DNA of 64,000 nt from assembly GCA_036172245.1 (NCBI GenBank), contig JAYWIR010000003.1, positions 6,138,001 through 6,202,000 on the forward strand, given 5' to 3'. The stretch is from Raillietiella orientalis. Lineage: Eukaryota. The first letter of the stretch is position 1, and each line of letters starts with the position of its first letter. The notes under the pieces are model-generated. The model was not told the DNA's origin, ran no database searches, and saw nothing but the letters and a program-made list of their open reading frames with translations. The position numbers and the translations under genes were made by a program. Of this stretch, positions 13,349 to 25,900 are shown piece by piece.

Positions 13349-14879
13349 TGCTTCCTGGGCGCTGCCGCGGATCTCCACGATCTCCAGCCTCCCCCTGGAG
13401 CCGCCCTCCCTGCTGCTCCGTCCCTCGCAGCCTCCGGCATCTTTCTGTTTTTTTTCCGTCTCAGGGCGTCCCTAGGGAGAGCCACGGCTAGCGCGCGAGA
13501 ACAGGAAGGGGGGAGGGGAAGGAAGTAGGGGAAAGAGACGGGCTCCCTGCCCCGCGCGGGGGGCACCCGGACAGCGTCGCGCACGCGTGAGGGCGGAGCA
13601 GAGACTTGCGGTAGCCACCACCAGCCCCTTCCTGCCTTCCCCTTCCGCTGTCTCCTCCCTTCGACACCGTTCCCAAGGCAACGGCTGTCAAGGGTTGCTG
13701 CTCTCTCGGCTTCCCCTGCACCTCGGAGGGCCGGCACTCTCTCTCCGGGTGGTGGCGCGCCGGAAGGCGGGCCCGCGCGGCTCGCCGTTGCGCAAGGGAG
13801 GACGAGGAGGAGGGAGAGAGGAGGGGGAGGGGGAGGAGCACGCTTTGCTGGCTGAGTAACGAGCGCGCATTATTCCCCGGGGTCTCCCCACGACTTTCCC
13901 CAGGCGCAGCCTTCAATTAGGCGGGGTCGCGCCCCCATTAGCCGCCTAATGGACGCTCTGGGAGCCGCCGCTGCCGCCGCCGGACCACGGGCACGCCGGA
14001 AGAGAAAGCGATCCAATGACCCCCCCCCCTCCTTTCCTCTCCTCCCTGAGGTGGAGGAGGGGTACGGGATGGCAGGCAACACGCTTTGCTACCCTCCCCC
14101 TCCCTACCCTCGGGATCGGAACGTCCAGCCGCGCGCGGGCCACTCGATCGGCCCGGGAAATGGACTGCGCATGCCCGGCCGCGGAGAGGCTCCCGGAAGG
14201 GGTAGCAACAAGACGCAGGAGGAAGGTGGGGGTTTGGCTTGAAGTTTCCGGGACAACGACGTCAGGAGGTGCTTTGCCTTCCTTCACTCGCCTGACCGCT
14301 GGCCGAGTCATCAGGCGCTCTCCAAGAGAGGGCGCTGGACTTCTCCTGTCGCCTTCCCTCTGCAGCCGTCATGATCGCTGCTGGCGCCCCGAGTTGTCAG
14401 AAGCTGGGAGCTCCCTAATGGATCGGCTCGTAACGGCTCCCTAGTGATCGGCACTCTCTCTGTCCACCCGGGAAGGCGCTGAGGGGTGGACGCCCTTCCC
14501 TCTGGCTGTCCACCTAGACGGCCCTCAGCCTACAGCGGAGAGCGCGAACTGGAGGGGGAAAGGGAAGAGGATCGAACGGCGTTGTCTTGGAAACGGATTG
14601 CTCCATCGCACAGCTGATAAGGAGGCCGAATGAACCCCAGCCAATTGACCCAGAGGTCACCTGCCAGGCGGCGCGCGCCGGGCACGGAGCAATCCACTTC
14701 GAAGGAGCGTTGCGGAGTCCGGGGACTGCTCTGGACCGTTGAGAGGTAACAGCCCGACTCTCGCGGGTCCAGGAGGAAGGAGAGAGAAAAACGCGGCTTG
14801 GGAAATTCGGGGGGTCGCGCCGCTGAAGGCGTCCCTCCAGCGGTTGCGAGGCGCGTCGCCGGCGCCAGGGTGCTCGCTC

Positions 14880-14952
14880 GTGACGTCACTTCCGATCCAC
14901 TGCACTCCGAGACGCGCGGATGGCAAATAGCGCGACGCGTCACGCATGCGCA
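14880..14952. promoter_or_regulatory. Overlapping CRE-ETS motif plus NRF1-like motif (candidate promoter/enhancer)
   Basis: GTGACGTCACTTCCG at 14880-14894 and CGCATGCGCA at 14943-14952. Motif match only; no linked gene seen. Confidence 0.25.
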
Positions 14953-15879
14953 CAGGCGGTTGAGCGCGTCGTGCTCAAAGCTGAGCGTATCGCATCGAGA
15001 GAAGCGCAAGAGAGGGAGGAAGGGGGGAAGAAAAAGGGGAGGAGACTCCGCCATAGGTCACGCCAAAATGAAGGGAGAGAGGGAAGGGGAAGGGGGAAAG
15101 ATACGGGGAAAAAGCCAGAGATTCGAGGATGAGTGAGCGGGAGGTCGATGGAGTGCGGGTTGTCCTCTTTGCGCGCAGCTGGGTGGCGGAAATGAGGGAG
15201 ATGGGATCAGGAGTGATCCAGGGGAGAAGAGGGAGGGCGAGACTCCTTCTTCTCCTCCAGCTGAAGCTCCTTGGCTGGCGAGGACACGGTAGCGGAGCGG
15301 GAGACTGGCGTCGCCCTGGTGAGCAGGCCGTCCCCAGCCGCCGCGGCCTTCCGGACGAGCGGCGGCCGCAGCCACTCGCGCGCGCACAAGCGGGCTGCCG
15401 ACTTCGGTGGGGGGAAAAAGGTCAATCGTTGCCACCAACGGCTATCACTTTCGTGATGGATGACTCACCCCGGAGGGCAGCTCCGGAAACTTTCTGACCC
15501 CACGCCGCTGTACGAAGTGGGAGGAGGGCGAAAGGCGGATGCGGTTGCCAAGGGACCGGACCGCCGCAGGGCGGAAGGGGCGCTTGTGGGGCGAGGAGAT
15601 GACTGTCAGTAGAAAAAAAAAAAAGAAGCAATCCCTGGGGCTCACTCCGTTTTGAGGATGCGGGTCCTTGCTCCGCCCCACCCTCTTGCCCCACGAGGCG
15701 CATGAACCTCTACCGACCGCCGGACTCCCCCAGAGCTTCTGGAAAGGCGGGAGCTTCGTGAGGATCATGGCGGTTCTCGCCCCTTCGGCCCCCGAAGGGG
15801 TGGAGAGGCAGAGAGAGGTCTGGAGAGAGCTCACCCCGGCGCACCCCACACAGAGAGGGAGGAGAGAGTGCGCGGAGCC

Positions 15880-16800
15880 CCGGACGACAGGGAAGGCGGG
15901 GCCTCCCGAGGGCCATCCTCAACTCCCGGCAGTGCGCCGGAAACTCTCCGCTGCCAGGCAGCCGGGAAGCCTACCCGGCAGAGAGGAGCCACTGCGCTGT
16001 CAGCTCCCAGGACTGAGCCGCCTCGAAGGGGAGGCGAGGGGCAGTTCCGAGGGCGCTCCGCACTCCGCCTCCGCGCCCTCGCCTCGCTTTCGTCCCCTCC
16101 CCCGTCTTGGTTGCTGTCACGACGGCGCCAAGGACGTCCTCGAGTGCACGCCCCTGCGCGGCCGCTGCCCGGGAGACGCGCCGCGCGAACTGGAGCAAAA
16201 AGCCTGCTGTTTGCACACGCCCCCGGGCTGGTTTTCGGGTCGTCTCGCCGCCGACGGCCCGGAAGAGCGAGCAAGGAGGAACGCGGGGGATGGGGAGGGA
16301 GGGAGGGCGATCGAGAAGGCGTGCGGTCCTCGGAAGGGGCGGATGCGCGTCTCTGAGGAGAAAGGGGAGAGCTGTGGGGCGTGAGGGACCTCCGCGGCTC
16401 TCCTCGAGGAACGAGAGGAGGGCCGAAGGAGAGGTGCGGCGGACCAGCGGGCTGCTCGGCTGCCCAAAGCCACAGTTGCGCGTGCAGAAGCACGGAAGAG
16501 AAGGCGTCGCTACCAGATATGGCCGCGTCTTCGTGGAGCTTCTCGTCCCCCTCTTCTCCCTCCAGGCCTCCGCACGGTTCGGTGGCAAGCCTCGGGTACG
16601 AATTAGCGGAAATGCCGTCTCTCGGATACGGATGCTGCGGTGGAGCTACCAGGGCTCTGTGCCATTGCCCGGCTCCCTTCGAGTTTCCCCCGACGTCGGC
16701 CAGAAGATGCCTCTCCTGTCCACCCGCCTGGTCGAGGGAGTGCACACTGGTGAACGGAGCTATTGAGAAGAGCATGTAGACGCGCGCTCTGCTCCATGGC
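15880..16800 (+). mobile_element. Decayed RTE-like LINE RT relic (approximate limits)
   Basis: GKAGPPEGHP (like KAPGPDGIP), GAKDVLECTPLRG (like KGD...C.NYRG), RAGFR, RVRISG..S.......QGSVPLP (like VR..G..S......QGSVLSP), in order. Confidence 0.55.
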
Positions 16801-19199
16801 AACGAGACGAGGAGGCGAGGTCGTCTCCAGCGCTCGCCGCCGCTCTGGAGGACGTTCCCCGACCGCAGAGCAGTGGCCGCTGCCGTGGGACGCTCCCTCA
16901 GGCGTTTCTGAGGATGCTGTCGCCTCGGTATCCCATTCACCAGAGGGGGAACCGGGAAGAGAAAGAGGCTGAAAGAGGGGACTGACTCCTCGGCTCGCCT
17001 GCTCGACAATCCCTGCAAAAGAGGGGGAGGAAGGGCTTCCGGAAGTCCCTGCAGAGGTCCGGGGAGCGACGCATCAGACGGATATATTCTTCTCACCTCC
17101 CGTTCCCTTTTTCGATCCCAGGATATGCTGGATGGCCGCGGCGCGCTGCTTGCCGCGACGGCAGGAGGCGGCTACACGCTCCGTCCGCCTGGAAGGCGTC
17201 GAAGAATGCGCGTCCCTGATTGGCTGCTTTCTCCCCGCTGAATCCGCTCCTTCCGCCATTTTGCCTCCCCTCCCTCCCCCCCTCCTTCCCTCGGACAGCC
17301 GCCTCCTCACGAACGACCTCTCTTCCTCTCCGGCTGTTCCCAAGTCCCCTCCTCCCTTCGGCCGGCCCGTGCTGACTCCCATTCAGCCCAAGTCACGTTT
17401 CGGCCGGAGGGACCGAATTAACGGGCGCCTCATCTACTGATGACTCGGCGCATCCGCTTCTTCTCTGAAAATCGCGCGCTCCTCGGGGAGGATGCCTTCG
17501 TGGGGAGGGGGAGGCAGTCGCCTCTCCCCCCCTCCGTCTCGCTCGCGAAAGCACCGGCACGGCCGGTCGGCGGCACTGTGGTCTCGATTTCGTGATTGCG
17601 GTGCCAGCCGGGAAGGTGGAGGGGAGGGAGGCGATTTCTCAAAGGGAAGCAGCCCCAGAGACGGGGGATGGTGGGCGGGGACGCCTCTCCTTCCCGGGGT
17701 CTTCGCCCCGTTGCACACGCGCTCCGCGTCCGAGCCCCGCAGCTCGTCCCTCGATCAGCCTCGGTGCCGCTGCTCCTGGGGTCTGGCTCCCTGCGAGCTG
17801 ACCCCACCACACACAGGGTTGCTCCGGAGTCAATTGACACTTTCCGGAGGTTAGAATTCGAACGAGTCGGATCCGCTCAGCATCTTTCCTCCGCAGTGCT
17901 GAACCCCGGGATTCTCTCTGGAAGAGGAAAGGGGAGAGGGACGAGAGGCTTGCTTGGTTGCCTTGGATCCCCTTGTCCCAGTGACCAGAGTCTCCGAGGC
18001 AACCGGGGAAACTCCTCTCCCTCCCTTCCCTCAAGAGGGGGGGAGCAGATGCTCTTGCCGCCTTCATGCCTTTCTTGCCTTCGCGATGCAGCTTCCGGGG
18101 AGGAAGAGGAGTGGGGAGGATGCTGGCCCCTCTGGAGGCGGAGCCGCCGAGTCCTCCTACAGGATCGGCTGCGCATGGCGCGAAGGGGGAGACTGCTGCA
18201 GGTCGCGTTTCCTCGCATCCGCTTCGCATTGGCATTGTGCCAGAGGGTGCCTCTCCTTTGCCCGCGGGGCAGAGGGCTGCTTCCCCGTATCAGCCATCCC
18301 CGGGGGTTCAAAGGGAACACGGCTCTCCCACTCCGCCCACGCGCTGTCGCTAGGTCCGCACTTGGGAAGGCGGGACGGCAGCGCTTCTCCCTCCCATCCC
18401 TGTCCACCCTCCCGAGCAGCCGCCACAGGGCTGCCAGTTCCCGGGAAGCGTAGCTGCTGTCTCCCGCCGATGCAAGTGGGACAGGGGCGGAGGCGGGACG
18501 AACGCTTCCGGCCCTCACTCTGGAGCCGCTTGCGCGAGGTCGTCTTCCCACTGAGCTCTCGAGGAGCTCCAGAGTGAGGAACCGGGAGAGGCGAAAAGGA
18601 GAGGAAGAAAAGGAGAAGGAAAAAGCCGGACGGGGGCGGCAAGCAGCGGACGAGGAGTCACAGCAGCTGAGAAGAGTCGGAGGGTCTTCGATGACCCCGG
18701 TGCCTCGGGGGCTGCTCCTGAGACCACTGACTGCCTCCCACGCGTCTCGTGGGCGGAGAGCGGGGGAACAGGTCGAACCACGAGGTCCCGCCCATGCCCG
18801 CAGACTCCCGGCGGCCTGATGCCACCGCACCACCCATGTTGATTTCCTCTCACCATGGTGCAGCTGATCGCCCGAGGGGCAGGGAGGCAGGCAGCAGTGC
18901 TTCCATCCCTTCCGGTTTCATATCGTGGGAGTGGGGTCGGGGGAGGGAAGCAGTGGACCCTCCGGCGCTCCGACCCGTCGGCGGCGGCTCTGGAGAGCTC
19001 CCGCAGGCGCTCTCTGCGGAAAGGGAAGGGTCGCGAGTGCCTCTCGCTGGGAGGTCCCGCTCTGATCCTCCCTGAGATTTCTCCGGAAGCAGTAGGGATC
19101 TCCTTGAATGACCCAGTGGCCGCGAGCCTCCGAATCGACGGTCCTTCGCGACGCCTGCCGGAAGCCCAGCTGGCCAAGAGCGCGACCTCTCCCGGCAGC

Positions 19200-19650
19200 C
19201 GGGGCCACCACTAGGGGTGGCTCTCTCCCACCGAATCGGTGCAAGGGGACAAAACAGGGGTTGCGGAGGCCGGAGAAGGAGGAGGCTCCGTCCCATTTCG
19301 ACCCCTCCATGCCGCACAGGGGTGTGGTAGGGACGAAGACTGGAGAAGTCCTCTTCTCGACTGGAAGGAGACGGAAGGGGTGCTCCATCGGTACCGTAAG
19401 GGAGGGGCAGATGGGAAATCCGGGTGGTTCTGGGAAATGACAGTTCCTTTCTGGGAAGCTTCTCAGTTTCCGCACCTGCTCGGAGTGGATGTCCTTCGAG
19501 GAACACTCCCTCGAGGGCAGCCACCCACCCCTGAGGCTCAGAGGAGACATCGCAAGGAAGGTCCTGTGCGAGGGCCACGGAGTCCTCTTCCAGCCGCGCT
19601 TTGTACCGCAAACGTCCCCTCGACAACCAAGGGGTCGGTTTCCCTCAGGA
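19200..19650 (+). mobile_element. Decayed LINE RT C-terminal/thumb fragment (approximate limits)
   Basis: QGDKT, SQFPHLLGVDV (like FKYLGV), SFEEH, LFQPRFVP (like LY...VRP). Confidence 0.35.
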
Positions 19651-20499
19651 CGGCTCCCTGGATACGGTCCCCGCAACAACGCTCAAACCGTGGTCTCCGG
19701 GGTCTCTTCGAGGGAAGTCATCGCAGCGCGACCCTCCGGCACCACTCAGACCACAGAAGACAGGACAGGCGTGGTCGACCACCACAGCTCTGGACAAAGG
19801 CCACCCGCTGTCTCTGAAGAGAAGACGTGAGAGTCAGCAGGGAGAGCTGGGAGTGCGGCTGCATGAGGGGGGCGAAGAACCCCTGCGGCAGTCTTCGAAG
19901 GGCGGAGCAAGGAGTGGCCGGCCGGGTCCAGGTGGAAGAAGCGAAAGCAGGTAACCAATGGAGACGGGCGGGAAGAGCGAATGCACGAGTGCACGAGTAT
20001 CGTGCGCACATGAGCAAGCGCCACGCACACGCATCGACGCGTGAACGCACGTGCTCACGGGGCAACGGGGAGCTCTCCCTGGAGGAGCGCTCCACGATTG
20101 CCTCTTCCGTCTGGATGAAACCGGAAATGCGACGCCGCGAACGGCACCCTTTCGGACCCATCCAGGACTTATCCACCGCTCCTCGAGAGAGCGAGAGAGG
20201 AGGAGGCGCACCCTGAGGGAACCGCAAGAGCCGCCGCCCAGGCGCTCCGAAACATCTCTGGGGCCTCGGATCGTCCTTCTAGGGAGGGAGGAACTCCAAA
20301 TAAAGCTCAACTATATTTTGTTATTAACCCTCTCCTGCTCTCCGGAGGAGTCTTCCCGGGCAGAGCATTTTTTTTTTTCTGACACCGCCCCGACGGTATC
20401 TCCCGGAACACGGAAGATTGGAGATTCGGCTCCGAGGCGCCGGATCTCTTCTGGAGGATTTGCGAGCTCACAAGTCCAGACCTAGGAGTCCTTGAAGGT

Positions 20500-21500
20500 G
20501 CACGCTCCCCTTCCGATCCTTACTTTCCTTGGACTCTTGGGGAAAGCATACGAGGTGCTGCTTTCCTTCAAGGCTGACCTTCTTTCTCCTCCTGAGACGG
20601 GTTCTTCGACCGCCTGGGAATTTGGGGTGGGTGGGGGATGGGAAGGGTTTTGCTGGTAGGGGCAGAAGAGATTCAAGAAGAGAGGTCACCTACCCGAGAG
20701 GGTGCATTTGGGGGCGACGGCGGAAGAGAGCTCGCGTGCTGTCGACCTCAAGGTGCTTGACCACCTCCGCGGAAACCTCGTCTTCCCCCTCCCTCCCTCC
20801 TCTTCCTCCAAGAGGCTCTCCCTTGTTTCTTGAGGAGGGAATCTGGAAGATCGGACGCAGCCTCCCCTTCCTGCGTTCTTCTGGGAGGCCGAGGACGTTG
20901 CAGCAACACCCGCGACCCGGGCGACACCCTTCCGGGTGTCCTGCCTGGGGCCTTTCGCCGCCACATCCTCCCATTCCCACCTCACCTTCCTCTCTCCTCG
21001 GCATGAGCACCCGAAGCAGGAGGAGAAGGTAGGAGGGGGCTGGTACAGGCAGGGGGGGACAGAAGAGCAAGACACCTGGGAAATGCCCTTAGGCGTGCAA
21101 GCCACGGAGCTTCCGGTCAGGGAAAGTGAGGCGCGTAGGGAGTGCACGCTCCAGACGACCTCAAAATCGGAGGAACCACAAGAAGTGCCGGCAGAGTTTG
21201 CAGAGGCTCCTCAAACGTGAGTTGACCCAACTAGCGATCCAGGAGCGGTCCTGAAGGGGCGCTGCCAACGCTTCGGAGGAGGACGCTGCCCGCCCGAGCG
21301 TCCGAAGAAGGTGCCAGCATGCGGACCGGCATGAACCTCGAATTGGAGTCTCTCCAGCCACTTCGGTCCGAGGTCCAGACCCCGAGACCTCAGGCTGGGG
21401 AGGGTAGGAGACCGAATGGGGTTCCACCCGCATCTGTAAGACCAAGACCCAGGAAACGGCAACACTCTCCCTTCGCTCTTCCCACGCATTCCCTAACTTT
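20500..21500 (-). mobile_element. Decayed LINE RT relic (approximate limits)
   Basis: On -: LGPKWLERL (like L.K.LER), HAGTFFGRS (like QAGF..GRS), KGISQVSCSS (like GVPQGS.LS), HPKFPGG (like PKYLGV), in order. Confidence 0.45.
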
Positions 21501-21691
21501 TTAAGATTCATTCATTCACCTAAAACAAGCCATCGTGTCAGTAAGGGAAGGTCACTCCCCCCCCCACCTCCTGACTACCCAAATGACACCTTCAGACTTC
21601 CTCTTTCGTTTTCTTTCAATTTTTCATTCGCTTTTGTTTGGGCAGCGCAGTCCCTCATCGTGGAGCTGCGTAGCACCTTCGGCCGCACGCG

Positions 21692-22570
21692 TGGCGTCCA
21701 CGGACCCTGGAGGCCAGCCGTGGACGTCACCAGGTCCCCCCAAGAGGACAGAGCCCACAGGATTCCCTCTTTCCCTCGCCGTCACCCATCACCACCCTTC
21801 CTTACGGCAACCAGCGCACGGGAAACGGAGGGGGAGCCACTGGGGGCCTCCCGTTGTCTCGCTCGGAGGCTTTCTCGGTCGGGCGCAGGCGGCCGTTCTC
21901 TCCGCCCCCTGAAGCGGAAGAGCAGCTGCACTCGCGAGCGTCGACAGCGGTGCGCGCCCGAATCGCCTCGACGGCAGCGGTCCGGGGGGGAGAGGGGGGG
22001 AGGGAGGAAGCTGCGACGCGGCGTGTGCTGCCACCCCGCGACAGCACGCGGTCCGGCACCTCCTCTTCCTCCCGACTGGAGGCCGTCGCCCCACTGGGCC
22101 GGCGATCCGAAGCGACACAACCAAAAGTGAAAGACACGGAGGACGCACGCGCACGCCCTGGCAGCTTGCGGAAGAGCCGGGCAGACGCAGCCGCCGCCGT
22201 CCGCAGTTCGCGCAGCAGAAGCGTTTGCTTGGCGCGCACGTGCGAGTGAGCGGGTGGACGAGCGGAGCGTGGACAGCCAATACACGTCCTCTTCTTGCCT
22301 GGAAGGAAACGCGGGCTGGGCGTGGTCTGGGAGATGAGGGGGTCCCGGTGTTCCCGTGACGTCGCCCATGACGATGCGGAGTCTGAAGCCACCCGCCCTA
22401 CGGTGGCCGTGCGACCCGCAGCGTCCCACCGGAAAAGAAGACGAAGAAGAAGAAGGAAGCCTAAAGCAAAAAAAACGGGTCCGGAATCGGATTGTCTGGA
22501 AGCGTTTTCATCTTTTTCTCCCGCTCCTTCCTCCTTTCACCCCTGCTGGAAGCGGGAGGCTTCCAGAGCA
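21692..22570 (+). repeat. ~880-bp young dispersed direct repeat, copy 2
   Basis: Near-identical to 3471-4350. Confidence 0.95.
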
Positions 22571-23499
22571 CCTCCTCTCTGCATCTCCCCTCCTCGCCAC
22601 TTCGTCCGGCAGCTTCGCTAGCAGCTCTCTGCTGCCTGCGCGGGATCCCCGCTGCCTGGAGCGACGCAAGAGGAGCGCACAGCGTCAGGGGGAGACATCG
22701 ACTCCGCTGTCCGACTCATGAGAATGTCAACGAGATGGTCCCGCCTGAAGCACTGCATAAAATAACATGAGCTTGCAAACATCCTTCGAAGGATGCAGAG
22801 GACCGCCCCCAGCAGAGAACGATGGGGCCTTCTCGCACCCCGCAGATGTGTTTATTTATTTTTTTGTTTTTTTTCTTCTTTTTGCTTGCCCCTTTCCCTT
22901 CTGCTGCCGTGGCGGACCTCGCCGGTCTGCGTATTGGTAACCCGCCAGGCTCCCGTTAAATTGCACGTGGTTGGTCCAACCACAGAAACCGTGGCAGTTT
23001 ATTTTTTCTGCGTGAAAATAAACGCCCCGACGCAACCGGGACAATCCAGAGCACCTCTTCTAGTGGAGCAGGAGTGCGCTGGGGCTCCTCCAGCACGCCT
23101 ACAAAACGGGTCCGGAATAGAGGCGCTCTGTGGAAGCTCCCCGGCTGCTCCCGAAGGATCCTTTCGCAGAACGGCCGGGAAGGCTGCGCGCCCTGCCGCT
23201 TGCTGCCGTTCCTTACCCGGAATCCGTCGAGCGCTCAGCATGCGGCACTGCGCGCGTGCCGAGTGGGAGGGACGTGGCACGCGTGCTCGGACTGCGAACG
23301 GCCCTGCACGCGCACACACCATGCCCCGTAGGCTGCAAGGTGGACAAGAGGGCACGCACCCTGCACCAGGGGGGGGGGAGGTCACGCCTATGACCTCGTC
23401 TGCCTCTCCTTTTCCTGCTTCACGTTCGAATCTGAAGGGACGTCCAGGAAAAAAACGCTTTCCCCTCTTGTGGATGACTCGTGTTCCTACGACCCAGTC

Positions 23500-25900
23500 T
23501 CACCACTGGCTACTACTGGTGACCCCAGCCAACATGCCATCATCAGCGCTGTCATCGTCAAGCAGCAGCGCACGTGCTGGCGACTTGCTCGGGGCTCTGC
23601 TCATGGGATTTCCGGGACGTCTGTTGGGTTCTGGGCTCCGTGGTCTTCTGGCGCGTCCTTCTGCGGCGGCCGCGAGGGAGTCCCTCCGCACGGCAGCGCG
23701 GCCAGAACGCGGGGCCGCTTCCCAGGACACCACGGCACACAAGGGAAGGCAGGAGCACGAACGACCAGGAAGAGGACTTCCCTGCCCTTTCCCGGTCGCT
23801 GGAGCTGCTGTTGACCAAGACCCTGCCGCCGCCGTCTGCGTGTCCCGGTTTGTAGTCCATCGGGGAAGAGCTGGAGAAAGCAGAGCACCTGGCCGGTTAT
23901 GAAAGCAGGAGATTTCAGTCCAAATCATATTCTTCGGCATGTGCGTTCTGAGAAAACAACCTCCGAGGCCATTTCGAGCGGGCGATTAGGGAAATTGTGG
24001 CTTTCCCGGAGAGATTCGAGCGTCCTGAAATGCTCTCAGCGGGGTGCGCGCGCGCGCCTCTCCCGGGACGGAGCTGGGAAAGCGCTCCGGGGCTCGCGGC
24101 GTCCGCTGCAACAGGCGGAAGCCGCAGGTCTCTCCACGCTCTCAGGAGGGAGCGAAAGGCTTGCTCGGAGGATGTTCTGGTGATGCCGCGGACACCTCAG
24201 GAAGTGAGGAAGGACTTGGTGCTGGAGGCGGTGACTGAGAGGGACAAACGCACGCGCGCATCGTCCGGTGAATGGGGTCGAACCAAGGGTGGACTTTCAG
24301 GTGGGCGTTTTCGCGACCTACTGCTTCGCATCCTCTGACCTTGGAAAAGCCCCTCGTTCCAGCCTCTGCCTTCCCAAGGGATCCCGTTCCCTCAGAGTCA
24401 GACTTCCGTTCGGGATGCGGCAGGATCCCTGCTCTCGTGTCAGCAAAGAGAGAAGCGGCCCTCTGGCACGCGTTTTACAAAGTCATGCATCCGTCAGGTT
24501 GGACAATCTGGATCTCCAAGGTGGAGGAGCACCGCTTTTCCCTGCTTCTTCTAGTGAGCCATCACGTCAGCTTTCCGGAAGCGCCTAGAAGGGTAGTTGA
24601 AGGGCTAAACTGGAACAGGTCCATCGGGAAGACGCCATCCGATGGCGGGTGGAGCGGTGAGGAACGGCGAGCGTCTCCGCTCTTTCCTGGGAGACATGGA
24701 AACCGGTCACTTCTTCTTCACCTCTTTGGGAACCACTGCCAGAACCAGGAGCGAAGAGCAGATGGACACAGAGGTTATTAACATCTTCCTCGTCAGAACC
24801 GGAGGAAGGAGACGGGGGCGGAAGAGGTGTCCCATACGGGAGGAGGGGGAGGGATGATTCAAGCATTCGCCGAATGGGCAGCAAGGAGCCCGGTCTCTTC
24901 CCTCTCCGATGAGCGTTTCTCTGCCCGGAGAGAACCCGCCGAGGTCATCCTTTTTCCACAAGAGAAATCCCCGAGCATGGAAGCCTGCACCTACCCACTC
25001 CGACGAACCCGGGGTCGAGCGGCTCTTCTTGCCTCGTTCCTCGCCTCACCAGCAGGGTTTCTTCCTGCAGGGAGGCGGCTCCTGTCCTCGCAGGCCGGCA
25101 TCTCGCTTCAGTGACTTCCTGCTGCTGCTCGTCTCCCGGCTGGCATGGCACGGCGATCCTCGGCGGTGACGACTGACGGGCAGCGATGGACAAGAGAACC
25201 AACTGCCCCAACATCCCTTTTTCAGGCGGTTCGGGGACTCCTTTTGGGGATCAGGGATCGTCTTTAGGGGCCCAATGTGGCAGCATCCTGCTACACCGAG
25301 CTCTTCAAGAGAGATCTCTTTTCCGGTTGCAAGAAACATCCTCAAACAGAGTGGAAGGGCTCCGCTCGAATCGAGCCACGCTCGCACGCGCTTCCGAGGT
25401 CTCGGCGTCCTCTACGGAACTCGCTGGGATATCAAAAAATCCTTCTTCCTGTCTTCAGCAGTGCAGCAAACTTCCAAAGCGATCGGAAATGGATTCGAAG
25501 CCGCGTCCGGAAGCCGGCGCCGTCCAGCCCCTAGGTCCTTGGAGCTGGACCCAGTCCTGCCGGGTCGGTGTCGCTCACGTTGTTTCTTCCCGTTGCACTG
25601 GAAAATGTGCTGGTGCGGAGCGCAAAGAAACGCTTCGAGGATCCCTGCGAAGAGAAGGACTGGTGAGAGGGCTGCAAGAATCTGGACCGGGGAAACGAAC
25701 CGCGCGGGTCCTGCCGACGGATCAGGGAACGATGAGTCCGGAACGGACGGCGGGAGACACAGGACGGGGGAATCCCCTACGGGCAAAGTACCTCTGCACT
25801 CGGCCGTCTTTCACATCTCGACCTCGGAAAGCATCTGCTTCTACCGCTTGCGGCACTTGCCGAAGCCAAGAACGGAGCGGGTCTCATCGTTGCTCGCCAT
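23500..25900 (+). mobile_element. Decayed, internally deleted CR1/L2-like LINE ORF2 (endonuclease, RT, C-terminus; approximate limits)
   Basis: Ordered relics across frames: SLELLLT, FFFTSLG, EVINI, SLSDERFS....AEVILFP.EK, PHQQGF, LVSRLAWHG, QGSSLG, FRGLGVLYG, AQRNASRI, LPKPRTER. No YADD survives. Confidence 0.6.

Noticed and set aside
3471..22570. LTR retrotransposon bounded by the two 880-bp TG...CA repeats
   Set aside because: No target-site duplication, primer-binding site, polypurine tract or gag/pol. The interior is old LINE debris, far more decayed than the ~2% repeat divergence.
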